This document shows positions 39,301-51,387 of a stretch of 64,000 bases of DNA, in pieces. The stretch's first letter is position 1, and each line of letters begins with the position of its first letter. The DNA lies in assembly GCF_002113885.1 (NCBI RefSeq), contig NW_018405126.1, positions 146,867-210,866 on the forward strand, read 5' to 3'. The translations under genes were made by a program, and so were the position numbers. This DNA is from Mizuhopecten yessoensis. Its lineage: Eukaryota. The notes beneath the pieces were generated by a model. The model worked only from the letters and a program-made list of their open reading frames with translations. It ran no database searches and was not told where the DNA came from.

Positions 39301-40490
39301 GTCCTGATGTTTCCATCACAACATGAAACACCCGTCATGATGTCTCTGTCACAACAGGTAACACCCGTCACGATGTCTTCGTCACCACATGTGACACTCG
39401 CCATGATATCTCCCGTCACTACTTGAACTCCCGTCATGATGTCTACGTCACAACATATAACATCCGTCATAATGTCTCCGTCACAACATGAAACACCCGT
39501 CATGATTTCTCCGTCACAACATGTAATACCGGTCATGATGCCCCTGTAAAAACATGTAACATCCATCATGATGTCTACGTCACAACATGTAACACCCGTT
39601 ATGAATTCTCCGTCAAAACATGTAACAACCGTCATAATGTTCCCGTAACAACGTATAACATCCGTCATGATGTCTACGTCACTACACGTTATACCCGTCA
39701 TGATGTTCCCGTCACAACAAATAACATCAGTCATGATGTCTACGTCACTACATGTAAAACTCGTCATCAATGTCTTCCGTTACAACTTATAACATCCGTC
39801 ATGATGTCTCCGACAAAACATGTGACACTTGTAACGGTGTCAACCGTCACAACATGTGACTCTCGTCATGATTTCTCCGTCACAACATGTGACATCCGTC
39901 ATGATGTCTCCGTCACAACATGTGACTCTCGTCATGATTTCTCCGCCACAACATGTGACACTCCTCATGGTGTCAACCGTCACTACAGGTAAAACTCGTC
40001 ATCAATGTCCCCCTTTACAACATATAACATCCGTCATGATATTGCCGTCACAACATGAGACTTCCGTCATGATGTCTCTGTCACAACATGTGACACTCGT
40101 CATGGTGTCAACCGTCACTACATGTAACACTCGTCATGACTTCTCTCGTGACAACATATAACATTCGTCATGATCTCTCCGTCACAACATGTAATACCCG
40201 TCATGATTTCTCCGTCACAACATAAAACATCCGTCATGATGTCTTCGTCGCAACATTTAACACCAACCATGATGTCTCCGTCACAACATATAACATCCGT
40301 CATTCTGTCTCCGTCACCACATGTTACACCCGTCATGATGTCTCCCTCACAACAATTACCACTCGTTATGATGTCTCCCTTATCACATGTAACACTCGTT
40401 ATGATGTCTCCGTCACAACATTTAACACCCGTCATGATGTTTCCGTCACAACAGGTAACACCCGTCATCATATCTCCCGTTACAACATGT
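36374..40490. repeat. 33/34-bp satellite array 3 (about 4.1 kb) with an internal inverted block
   Basis: 38235-40490 consists of diverged forward monomers related to arrays 1 and 2. 36420-38232 is the reverse complement of the monomer. Confidence 0.95.
36420..38232 (-). repeat. Inverted homogeneous block: about 6 x 33 bp (gtgacggagacaatgggacgggtgttacatgct) then about 47 x 34 bp (gtgacgggtgttaaatgttgtgactggagacaac)
   Basis: Near-identical monomers with only occasional C>T in gagacaac. The reverse complement tcacaacatttaacacccgtcac matches the 33-bp family. Confidence 0.95.
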
Positions 40491-40882
40491 ACGATCAAAT
40501 GCGTGATGCACAAGTCTTTATTCGTAGAGATGTCGATCATGCAAGGCCCTACAACAAATCGAAATCTGAGATGTACTATATCCTTACATGTAGCTTACTT
40601 GTAGCTTTAAATATTTTTTTTCGTGTTCACCTGACAGGGTCGTAACTTCTTTTATCATATGAATACCGTGTTATGCAATGTCAAAACCATCACATAAATA
40701 ATGTTTATGTAACCTGTGTAATATCACTCCGGAAATGACGTCACAATCGAATAGAAACAATCAATGTGATGTCACGTCATTGTGAAGCGGACACAGTATT
40801 CATCGTTTCAGACGCGGCCAAGTGCAAAATATTCGTTTCAGATCACAATTATACAGTTTACTTTGTATCACATGATACAAAT

Positions 40883-41022
40883 AATCTGTCATTAGTTTTC
40901 CTTCATACTAGATTTTTAATACTTGTTTCGGATATTTCATATTTGATCGCCAGAGGCTCGCAAACATGAAAAATCCAAAACTTGTATCATCAATCTAATA
41001 TGAAGGGAAACTTATAACAGAT
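40883..41022. repeat. About 140-bp imperfect palindrome
   Basis: atctgtcattagttttccttcatactagatt pairs with aatctaatatgaagggaaacttataacagat. Confidence 0.65.
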
Positions 41023-41045
41023 CCTCTATGTATGAGCCTATCAAA

Positions 41046-41567
41046 TTTTCTTTATTTTGATTATTGCCTAAAGACTTAATACGAAACTATGTGTGCGGTG
41101 TTCTTACCCTATGGAATTATGGAAGCCATACTTTGAATATTTGTGGGCACAAACTATTTTTCTATGGCATTTAAAATCGGAATGTAATTGAATTCCACAA
41201 TGATATACCTACCGTTGATTTCACTTCGTCAGTCGAGAATAGACAAAGAAATTTGTATTTAGGTGACACTTTTAAAAACAAAGCTATGTTACAAGGTAAC
41301 ATATTTCTCAGTTTTTCTTTACTTTGATTATTGCCTAAAGACTTAATACGAAACTATGTGTGCGGTGTTCTTACCCTATGGAATTATGGAAGCCATACTT
41401 TGAATATTTGTGGGCACAAACTATTTTTCTATGGCATTTAAAACCGGAATGTAATTGAATTCCACAATGATATACCTACCGTTGATTTCACTTAGACAAA
41501 GACATTATATTTAGGTCACACCTTTGACAACAAAGGTATGTTACACTGTACAATGATAACATATTCC
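41046..41567. repeat. Tandem duplication, 2 x about 267 bp
   Basis: ttattgcctaaagacttaatacgaaactatgtgtgcgg... begins at both 41061 and 41328. Confidence 0.85.
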
Positions 41568-42333
41568 ACAGAAGTGAAAGCAGTGACATGTGTTGAATAT
41601 ATGTTTATCTGTCCCCTTGATATATGAAAGAAAAAATAATTGATTAAATTCATATTTTATATTTTATTATCAATACATTTTAATTTACACTGTTACAACA
41701 GACAACTTACGCTCTGACTTTGTATTTCTCTCGATATTTTTATAATATGACAAAAACTTAAGTAAACATTCATTGATGAGAGTTCTCAACAATGGAATCG
41801 GGTACAGTAACGGGTTCAATGTGTGCAGATTTTGAAAAATGTGTAGAAATATTTTGCATTCATGACCTACATCTGTATATAAACCGTGTAGAAATTGGAA
41901 TCTTTGTTGATGATTTATGATGCATAAAGTATTGGTCATCGCTACTTTTATATTGTATCCAACACAAGCTTTATCACCGGTCTTATAACTCTGCAGACGA
42001 ATGCTACAACAAGTTATTGGTATTTTCCCAAACAGCACAGGCTGAATTATTTTGAAAATAGGTTGACTGTTGAATACTGTAAATATTGTTAAAATTGAAA
42101 TTCAATAAAATGATGAAGTCAGCAACAATCACTGAACTTTGCTACACCACGACAGAGTTGTGTTGAGTGATATTCTATGCTAATACAATAGGAGGCCAGA
42201 CAAGATACGCAAATATTTCCGTTTATTAAAAACACCTTTGTGGATTTTTGTCCGCTAAACGTCTATCATTTGAAAAAATACAATTGATGCATGTGCAAAA
42301 TATTAAACGATTCATTCGGTTTTACTGTTTCTG

Positions 42334-42828
42334 TCAACCAAGAAAATTGAGGTAAGCGATTTGTTCTTCAGCTGACTCTCTGTCCTTGACCTGGACTTCT
42401 ATCTCCGCACCACCGAATGTAAACTGAGCGTCTATCCCTCTATCCATTCCTTTGCTGGTGTCGGGCATTTCAATTTCAAGTGAACCAATACATTCACAAC
42501 CTTCGTCTGTCACATACTCGGGCGATGAGTTGGTCGAAATATAGATTTCGACATTCGTACTTGTTTGAGACGGTGATGTGACGTTGTACTTAATAGATTC
42601 TAAACTCTCCCATACAGCTATAGCCTCTCCTTTCGTTGCATGTACACTGAATATATCACCACAATACGCTTTACCGTTTCCTTGTATTTTACGTTTTTCC
42701 ATTGGATGTATTTCATGAATAAAGTCTGTCACACATTTTGTGCCATATGTAAACCTACTGATCCTTTCCGTGATTGTGTCTAGCTCATGTCCATTGATGA
42801 CGGCACCTTTCAGCACGGCCAAACCAGC
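42334..42828 (-). pseudogene. HSPA12: HSPA12 fragment E: isolated 3' part of the terminal exon (164 aa, essentially the substrate-binding domain), frame open
   Basis: AGLAVLKGAVING...YLNFLG*. Its upstream sequence (42830-43330) is the 3' flank of copy D, which is repeated again downstream at about 41872-42333. Confidence 0.85.
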
Positions 42829-43330
42829 CTGTATTAAACCGTGTAGAAAATTCTGAAATTGGAATCTTTGTTGATGATTTATGATGCATAAAGTATTGGT
42901 CATCGCTACTTTTATATTGTATCCAACACAAGCTTTATCACGGGTCTTATAACTCTGCAGACGAATGCTACAACAAGTTATTGGTATTGTCCTAAACAGC
43001 ACAAGCTGATATATTTTGAAAAAAAATTGAATGTTAAATACGTCAAATCCTGGTAACATTGAAATTAAATAAAATGATATAGTCTGCAACAGTCACCAAA
43101 CGTTGCTACACCACGACAGAGTTGTGTTGAGTAATATTCTATGCTAATACAATAGGAGGCCAGACAAGAGGGAAGTTTCACAAAAATACCGGAAAATCAG
43201 ATACGCAAATATTTCCGTTTATGAGAGCACCTTTGTTGATTTTTGTTCGCTAAACGTTTATCTATTTGATAAAATACAATTGACGCATGTGCAAAATATT
43301 AAACGATTTCATTCGGTTTTACTGTTGCTG

Positions 43331-46300
43331 TCAACCAAGAAAATTAAGGTAGGCGATTTGTTCTTCAGCTGAATCTCTGTCCTTGACCTGGACTTCTATC
43401 TCCGCGCCACCGAATGTAAACTGGACGTCTGCTCCTCTGTTCAGTCCTTTGCTGGTGTCGGGCATTTCAATTACAAGTGAACCAATACATTCACAACCCT
43501 CGTCTGTCACAAACTCGGGTGAAGAGTTGGTCGAAATGTAGATTTCGACATGCGCACTTGTTTGAGACGGAAATGCGACATTGTACTGAATAGATTCTAA
43601 ACTCTCCCATACAGCTATAGCCTCTCCTTTCGTTGCATGTACACTGAATACATCATCACAATAATCTTTACCGTTCCTTTTCATTATACTTTTTTTTTCA
43701 ACTGGATGTATTTCAGGAATAAAGGGTGTACTACATTTCGTGCCATATGTAAACCTACTGATCCTTTCCGTGATTGTGTCTAGCTCATGTCCATTGATGA
43801 CGGCACCTTTCAGCACAGCAAGGCCAGCCTCGTGTGGAATAATGAGACGTTTGTCCGGGAACTTGGCGGAAATGTCTGTCTGTAGTAGAGGACATTCCGA
43901 GTATCCGCCGACGAGAAGGATTGCCTGAGCCTGTTCTACCTCTGGGTGTTTCATCAGCTCCACCACGTGGTCTATTATCCTCTGGACGGATTGTCGGAAC
44001 ATCGTTTGAGCTAGCTCAGACTTGATTCGCAGCCTATCCATCTTCCACGTGAGGTTATTTGCATACTTCTTGTTAGAGGATATTTTTTCCGCCACGGTTT
44101 TATTTGGAAGAATCTCATCAAAAGTTTCCATCAGACTTATTGGGAGAGTAAACGTAATTTTTGCATCGGTCGAGGACGAAATTGATCTTTTCTTAGTCTC
44201 AAAAGACCTTTGTAGCTCTAGGTAGTCTGCAACATGTTTTTGCTTAAACTTATTAAATACATCAACTCCCAAAATCTCGGAAAGAAGCATTTCAAACTCC
44301 TTGTCTACAGTGGTCCCGCCCCAGTCCCCTCCATTTGCCATGTGAACTTCCTTCAGCTTCAGACTCGGCAGCACCTCGTGTACAGTGATGTCAACAGTAC
44401 CCCCTACAATGTGAACAATTATAATAAAAACAAATATAAAAACGAATGAGACTAAAAGCAGAATAACTAATTGGCAACGCGATTAAACAAGAAAGTCTAA
44501 CTAAAGCATAGCTTGATACAGCACCAACCATAGTTGTTTATATTTGTCCCAAATATTTGTGAGCCAAGCAACTGAAATATTAACGCGAAACTCAAAAAAT
44601 ATGATTTAATCCTGAAACCAAGATCCCTGCAAAATATTCAAGAAATGTAACAAGACATGAGCAAGGAAAAAAATGTTAAAAAATAAACGAATCTGTACGT
44701 CTTACACCGAGGATTAATAGGTGTTTTTATTTATCTTAAGTACCCACAAATGGACATATACTATGTATAACTATAACTATAAATGTATATGTTACTATCA
44801 AAAAAACTAAGCTCAGTGGTTATCTATCTAGCTTGTTTTAAAAAAAATGTTTTTTTGTAAGTAGCTGACAAAAAACAAATTTCCATGTGTCCTGTTATTT
44901 TTACCCAAACAAAGAAGTTGCATTTGGCCCCATATTAGTAACATGACGTCGGTATAGAAATTAAAATCGACAATAAACTACATGTATTTCATTTCATATC
45001 AAAACAACAAATAAACATGATAATATTTCAAAAAGTACTAAAATCCATGTTCATTTTTTTTCTCTTAGTAGAATGGCTCACATTAGTGTTTTTTATTTAA
45101 AAATAGTCAGTCTAACTTTCTGAAGATCGGTGTCAAGCTCGGCCAGGGAATTCTATTTAAAAAAAGGAAAAGGGATTTAAAAAACTGAACTGCTATTGAA
45201 TTTCATTAAACACTATAAACGAATTTAGTGTATCATCGTGCCATAGTTTTTGTTTTGCAATAATTATTTGGTGCTGCAATGGAGAGTACATTATTTTGAC
45301 AAATATCGAATCATAGATAAAACTTGAATAGTGCTTGACATTGCAGTGGAAAACTTACCTCAGTGACATAAAGTTCTTACGAGGTTAAAACATTTTTACA
45401 TGTAAACGAAATGAAGTGCATCGCATAGCATCACATGCGGAGATTTTAAGGTTCAAAAGGCCCCTAAAAGATGCTGTAGTCACCTATAATTTCAACCGTC
45501 TGAAAAGTCATGTTCAAAGACATCAACTCAAAATCGGAACTTATATATGTTATTTGTACAAAAAATACATAGCCAGGTTAACGTAGTCAAAAATTAGGCA
45601 TTAAGGCTGATGTCTTCATAAAAATAGCTCATTGGACTTATAACATGTCAACATATTTTGCGATCAAACTGAGAGCTGAGAAACGACCTATAATTTAGGG
45701 TTTATGTATATACCTAGGTCATGCGGAGCTTTATTTCTCTTCTACTAGCTGTTGAGAGGAATTTCGACCTCAAATAAAGGTAGATGTTGCAGTGCAAAAT
45801 CACTAAAATCATAGTAAAATCGCCTAGTAATACATTTTAACAATTTATAAATAAGAAAAAAAATGCTAAGTAACCTTGATCGATAAATGAACTTTAGATG
45901 ATGTGCCATTTGATAACATTCTGTGATTATATGAATGCGCTAGATATGTTATAAACATTGAAGCTGAAAAATACAATAATGTTTATAACAAGTCTAGCTC
46001 GTTTATAAAAACATTCAATGTTAAAAAAGGACATTTTATATGAAGTTTAAGTAGTGTTTATGGTCAAACGTTTTACACGGTAAAATATGTTACGTGGACG
46101 TTTTACTATGATTTTGTACTTTCCCATAGCAACAATCATCTTCTTGTGAGGCCGGTATACCTCTCCACACACAGTTAATTGAGGCTTATGTACATAAGCC
46201 AGGTTTAAATGGACAAATAATGTTTCTATTAATACTAGTCAAGCCTCGATGGACTAGTCTGCAACATTAACCTAAACATCGTGTATATATATGTATGTCA

Positions 46301-49300
46301 GTGACAATCATGATCAGTAGGTTTTTCATATAGGAACATCGACCGTATACATAACCAGGGCCTGAGCGGTCAATGAAGAGAGTGACCGGTCATGTGTTAG
46401 CTAATCGCTGTCTGATTGGCTTAGAGGATTCCTGATAGCTAGCTGGTCACTTTTTCCCCAGCGTCCGGAGCTAAAAGACCAATCTCATAAGTTTTATATT
46501 TCGGGTTTACCACCACCACCCCAGTCACCTACCTGTAAATATGAACGACAGCGGTTTTTAATTAAGATAGTAAATTTATATGAGTTTAATGTACGATATC
46601 ATATAATGATATCAGGTGTGAAACAACAAATACTTGGGCAATCTCAGTTGATACATATGAAGTATAGTTGATAGCCTTGTTTTCCCCAAAAATTGGATGA
46701 TATATTTATTTCACAATATTCAGATATTAATGGAAATTATTCTATTACATAATATTGGGATACAACAACACAGGCGGGAGCAATGTATCCCAAGAGTTAC
46801 AGCCAGTCTAAGTTGTCCCATTTAATGCTATAACCTTTATATAAGTTACCCCAACATCAGACTGGAGCAATGTAACCAAAGAGTTACAGCCAGTCAGACT
46901 GGAGCAATGACTGGAGCAATGTAGCCAAAGAGTTACAACCAGTCTGGGTAAAACATAAGATTATATAAAGTTAAACATATAAGACGCTATTCCTCTTCGG
47001 GTCTGGCCTGCAATGCACCCAAAGAAGTAGATAAGGTGGAAACGGCTCCACCACTACTTATTACATCCTCGCACTCTATTTAGTGTAACAGCAAAGCCTG
47101 CACACAAATAGAGAACCATGTAATTGCCAGCTTAGTCGAGGAATAGCGTCGACATTCTATACCGTCACTGAGTTTGCCCCAGAAATGCCAATTTAATAAA
47201 GCTCCGCGTGACCAAGGTATATAAATGATCTTCAAATAAATGGCATTTCGTAACATTCAGTTGGGTCGCTTAGGAGATTGACATGTTATAAATCTGGTGA
47301 GTAACTTTTACATTACATCAGCCTTAATGACGTATTTTTATTTCGTTATCCTGGTTATGTACGTTTTTAATAGCTCATGTACAAGTTCATTATATTTAAA
47401 TTACAAATATATATCCCGATTTTTGATAAGGGCATTTGAATATGACTTGCCAGGGGGTTGAAATTTAGGGTTGCTATTATATCTGTTAGGGGGCTTGAAC
47501 CTTAATCATGAAGGTAATACGACAGTCTAAAGAGAATGCGACTTTTTCTGCCACGTTGACCAATACACTCACCCTAGGAGACCACCTATACTAAGAACCT
47601 GCTGTGGTAATACTACCATTTTCAAAGCTCTCCGTTCTCATATAAATTAACCTGTATTTAACTTTGTTACTTATTGTGATTTATTGTGATATGTTTTGCT
47701 GTAATGTTTCATTTTGTAAAGTTAAAACAAATAAATAGTAAACAATAATAACAATGATAACAAATTGAAATGATGTTTCCTGTTATATGTTATAAACATG
47801 CTACATGTTCATTTATGGCACCATGAAAAGTCGTACGTGTATGTATGAGTGTACGCGAGACACACATATGCAGTACTTCATATAGTACGATTGATATCTT
47901 TATGTATGCGGACAACATAATTAACGCTTCGTCTCTACATGGTCTTACCCCCAACATCCACCACCATGTATCGCGACCCAGGTCGAAACACCGCTAAGTT
48001 GTCTCCCCCTTTTCCAACAGTCATGTCTTTCAGCGGTAGGTATTTACAGAACATAGCAGCAGCCTCGGCTTCTAATGACAGGACGAGTTGATATCCTGGG
48101 ATACCAGCCTGAAGAAAGATATGATTACTGTTATTGAAATTTATGATTGCTTAGACTTATGGTCAACGCGTTTGATATAACTCCATTGAACTTTCATAAT
48201 GTCATACAAACGGCACTGATTTCATCTCGATTTTGACATGTAACATTTCCTCATGGTTCACGTGACAAAAGTCAGAAATGAATATTGTAATTTTAAGAAA
48301 TGAACTTCTTATTGTAGTATAACATTGTTGTAATTACGATTCTCACATTAAATAATAAATGTTCTCGAGAAAAAGTCATTGTCGATTACCTGCTGAGCGC
48401 ATTCCCTCATGAATTGTTTTGCTCGGTCATTCCAAATAGCAGGCACTGTCAGGACCCATCTGACGTCAGACATCAGCAATTCTAGCCCCCTCTTCTCACA
48501 GGTACCAAGGAGATGGTCCTTCAGGTACTTTACTGCCTCCGCAAACACTTTCATTGCCAGCATTGGTTTCTGATTTTGTGCGTACAACTTCATGGATCTG
48601 GTGATATCCTAAAACATACATTTTAACATATCTAATTAACATATCTAATTAACATATATAGTTAATAGTTAATTTGGTTAAGTTGGATGGCTCATGTATC
48701 TTTGTTACTATCATGTATACAATGTAAATAAAGTACATATTTACCTTTTGCTCATAAAGTGACATCTTAAAGCGTCTAAAAAAGAACCAGTCATGGTGCT
48801 TATCGTCGTCTATCAGCTTGGCGTACTTGTCTTCGGCTTCAAAACCAAACGTGTCGAAACTTTCGTCTGGTTTAAACAGAACGCACGTAGAGGTCTTTAG
48901 GGAAGCGAGATTTCCGGATCCTGCTTGCCATACAAGTGTACTGATATTCAATGGGTTTTTGGTATACTCCAGCCGTGATGAGAATGCGTACCCCGAGTAG
49001 GTTGTGCCGAAGTCCAATGCTGCCACTAAAATGTATGGGCTGTTCTTCAGGTCTCTTTTCTGTAATGAACCAGTGAAAACAATTCAATATTTTTATTTTC
49101 AAATGAACATGTTATGCATGAAAATCTATCAGAGTATTTTATTTTATTGATGAAATAGGTTTTCAATCGTTATGTTTTGTACCCGTGTCACAATTGATAG
49201 AAATGCTTTCTCCTCAAGGGGTATGAGCTTAAAAACTGAAAAGAATCCATTCATCTATTCATATTAATATTAAGCTGACTACCAAACAACATGTAGAAAA

Positions 49301-49367
49301 AAACCAAGACGTTATCATGACTCACCAATATCCTAGGCTGCGTCTTCTGAGAAACTTGTAACTCCAT
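43331..49367 (-). CDS. HSPA12: HSPA12-like atypical Hsp70, copy D (predicted 602 aa)
   Basis: Exons 49367-49326 (MELQVSQKTQPRIL), 49059-48745, 48608-48390, 48108-47949, 44403-43331 (1809 nt). GT-AG introns, no disruption seen. Confidence 0.9.
45230..47830. mobile_element. Old foldback-like DNA element with long degenerate inverted arms in the last intron of copy D
   Basis: Colinear inverted matches: tcatcgtgccata (about 45233) / tatggcaccatga (about 47815); taaggttcaaaaggcccctaa (about 45447) / ttagggggcttgaacctta (about 47490); cattaaggctgatgt (about 45599) / acatcagccttaatg (about 47315); ttataacatgtcaa / ttgacatgttataa; tatacctaggtcatgcggagctttatt (about 45709) / aataaagctccgcgtgaccaaggtata (about 47195). 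No transposase ORF. Confidence 0.65.
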
Positions 49368-51387
49368 CTGAAGCAATTATTAAGAAAGATTAACAATCCT
49401 ATGTTTCGATGCACTGTATCACTATCTTAAAACTCCCATGTGTATATCGCAGCCGTCACGCGAGCGTTATCTTTACGAGAAATCCCCATAAAAGTGGCGA
49501 CAGAGAAGACAAATACTTTGTAAGCTTCACTTCGATCGATTAATATCAAGTCATCAAATGCTTAGATGAAGTCAAAAATTGATACAGATTGCTCATTCTA
49601 TGTCTTGATTTTGTGTATTTTGTAGGCACAGAATAATTATTTAAACACAATCCGCATTCCTTTGCCCATAGTGTTATGTTCAAAACGTCGCTAGATTTGC
49701 TATAAGTTTGATAATGATTTTAATTAAATTAACATGTCTATTGATAAAATAAATATATAATAAAACAATCAAATTAATTAACAGTTTCAAACCACCAGTA
49801 ACTTTGTTATAAACAAGTATGGCGAATGATTGGTTTGTTTACACTATAGTTTGATACTCACCGTCTCGTCGTTGTGTTATCCGACCATTTTTACAAAACT
49901 ATTTGGTCATACTGATTGTTAGAGGAAACACCACACTTTGGCACCTTCCTGGTGTATATAGATATACACCTATATCCCCACCAATGGTTAATAGTACTGA
50001 CCGGGAAGTAAAATTGTAACAGTAGTGCTGGTAACCAGACACCCCGTGTATTGGGCAATTATTCCTTATTCGTAGCCTATACTTTACATAAAGAGATACA
50101 GTTAACCACCTTCAGAGATACAATCTGGCTTTACCATGCCTCATACATATAATCAGATGATTCTAAATCTCATTAGACATACATGAGGACATTAGCTCCA
50201 AACTACACACATGGATTTAAATGTTACACCACTTATTTATATGTACCTCTCAGACATTGGACTGATTTTATAAGCGTCGCATAGACGGTACAATGTACGA
50301 AATCAGTAAGCATATTGACAAGTTTTTGAAATGAATTTATTGGATGAAATTTAATGAATGTTGAGAATCAATCCAATCAATTTTCAATACAGTTAGGTCC
50401 ATTAATAGAAGCCAATTTCAAGATAAACCTTTATTCATTTCAAAATGTACATAGACGTATTGGAATATTTATAGTTCAATATAACCGAAACATTGTTTTA
50501 TACAATAACTAGACTGACTATTATATGCTCTGGTTTCTTTGTGTGAAAACACCATCTCTCCAAAAATGTTTAAATCGTTCTAGGATTGATCAGTGTTGAA
50601 TCTTTCAAGCAAAGTTAAATATTTGTGATACAGAGAACTATGTAAGAGAATGAGGTCATTAATGACAATTGTATCATTTCTGATAACGTATGTCACACCA
50701 TACTCCACACAGCCAGGACGATACGTAACAGCTGATCATATGCGATTTAAAAAGAAGGCGTGAATGGACAATTTCAATTTTATTTCATTCGATTAAATTC
50801 AATTCTAGATAGATTGAACAGAGAGTAAAAATATCACAAACATATCTGCTTACAATATAAAAAATAGATAGAATGTCACAAACATATTTAATAACATTGC
50901 AATGTCTGATATAAATTGAATGTCACAAAAATACCTCATTACAACTCCTGAAATAGATCGAATGCTATTTCACTTATGGTTCCTACGTGTATTACCTAAC
51001 CGAGTTGTCTCCAGGATTCGTTGTTTGTCGATTGAAAACTGTGTGAAATTTTCTAAGAACGATTCGGCCAGAATAAGTGGGTTTGGATTGACTCGTGGAT
51101 TTCAGAGGTTTGATAAATATTCATTCCAGCAATGACCTAGAATCGAATCTACATGACTTTGACAGTAAATATGATTGCAAATGAATACAAATTCTGTAAA
51201 CAAGTTGTGTTATAGCTGCCAAGTTGAATTGTTATACTTTCCACATTTGTATATCAGTAATGGTACACATCAGCGTAAATAAAAAAAGTTAATTTATATC
51301 ATCTCGGTATTTGTTGGAACATCTCTGTCTAATTTGTGCATATTCTGTCAAAAAATATTGACTTATCAGTCTTTCAATATAGTATAG

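Noticed and set aside
42829-43089. N-terminal 87 aa of the 251-aa ORF 42334-43089 as a novel fusion domain
   Set aside because: It is the 3' flank of copy D read through by chance. The same sequence recurs at 41872-42100 with indels.
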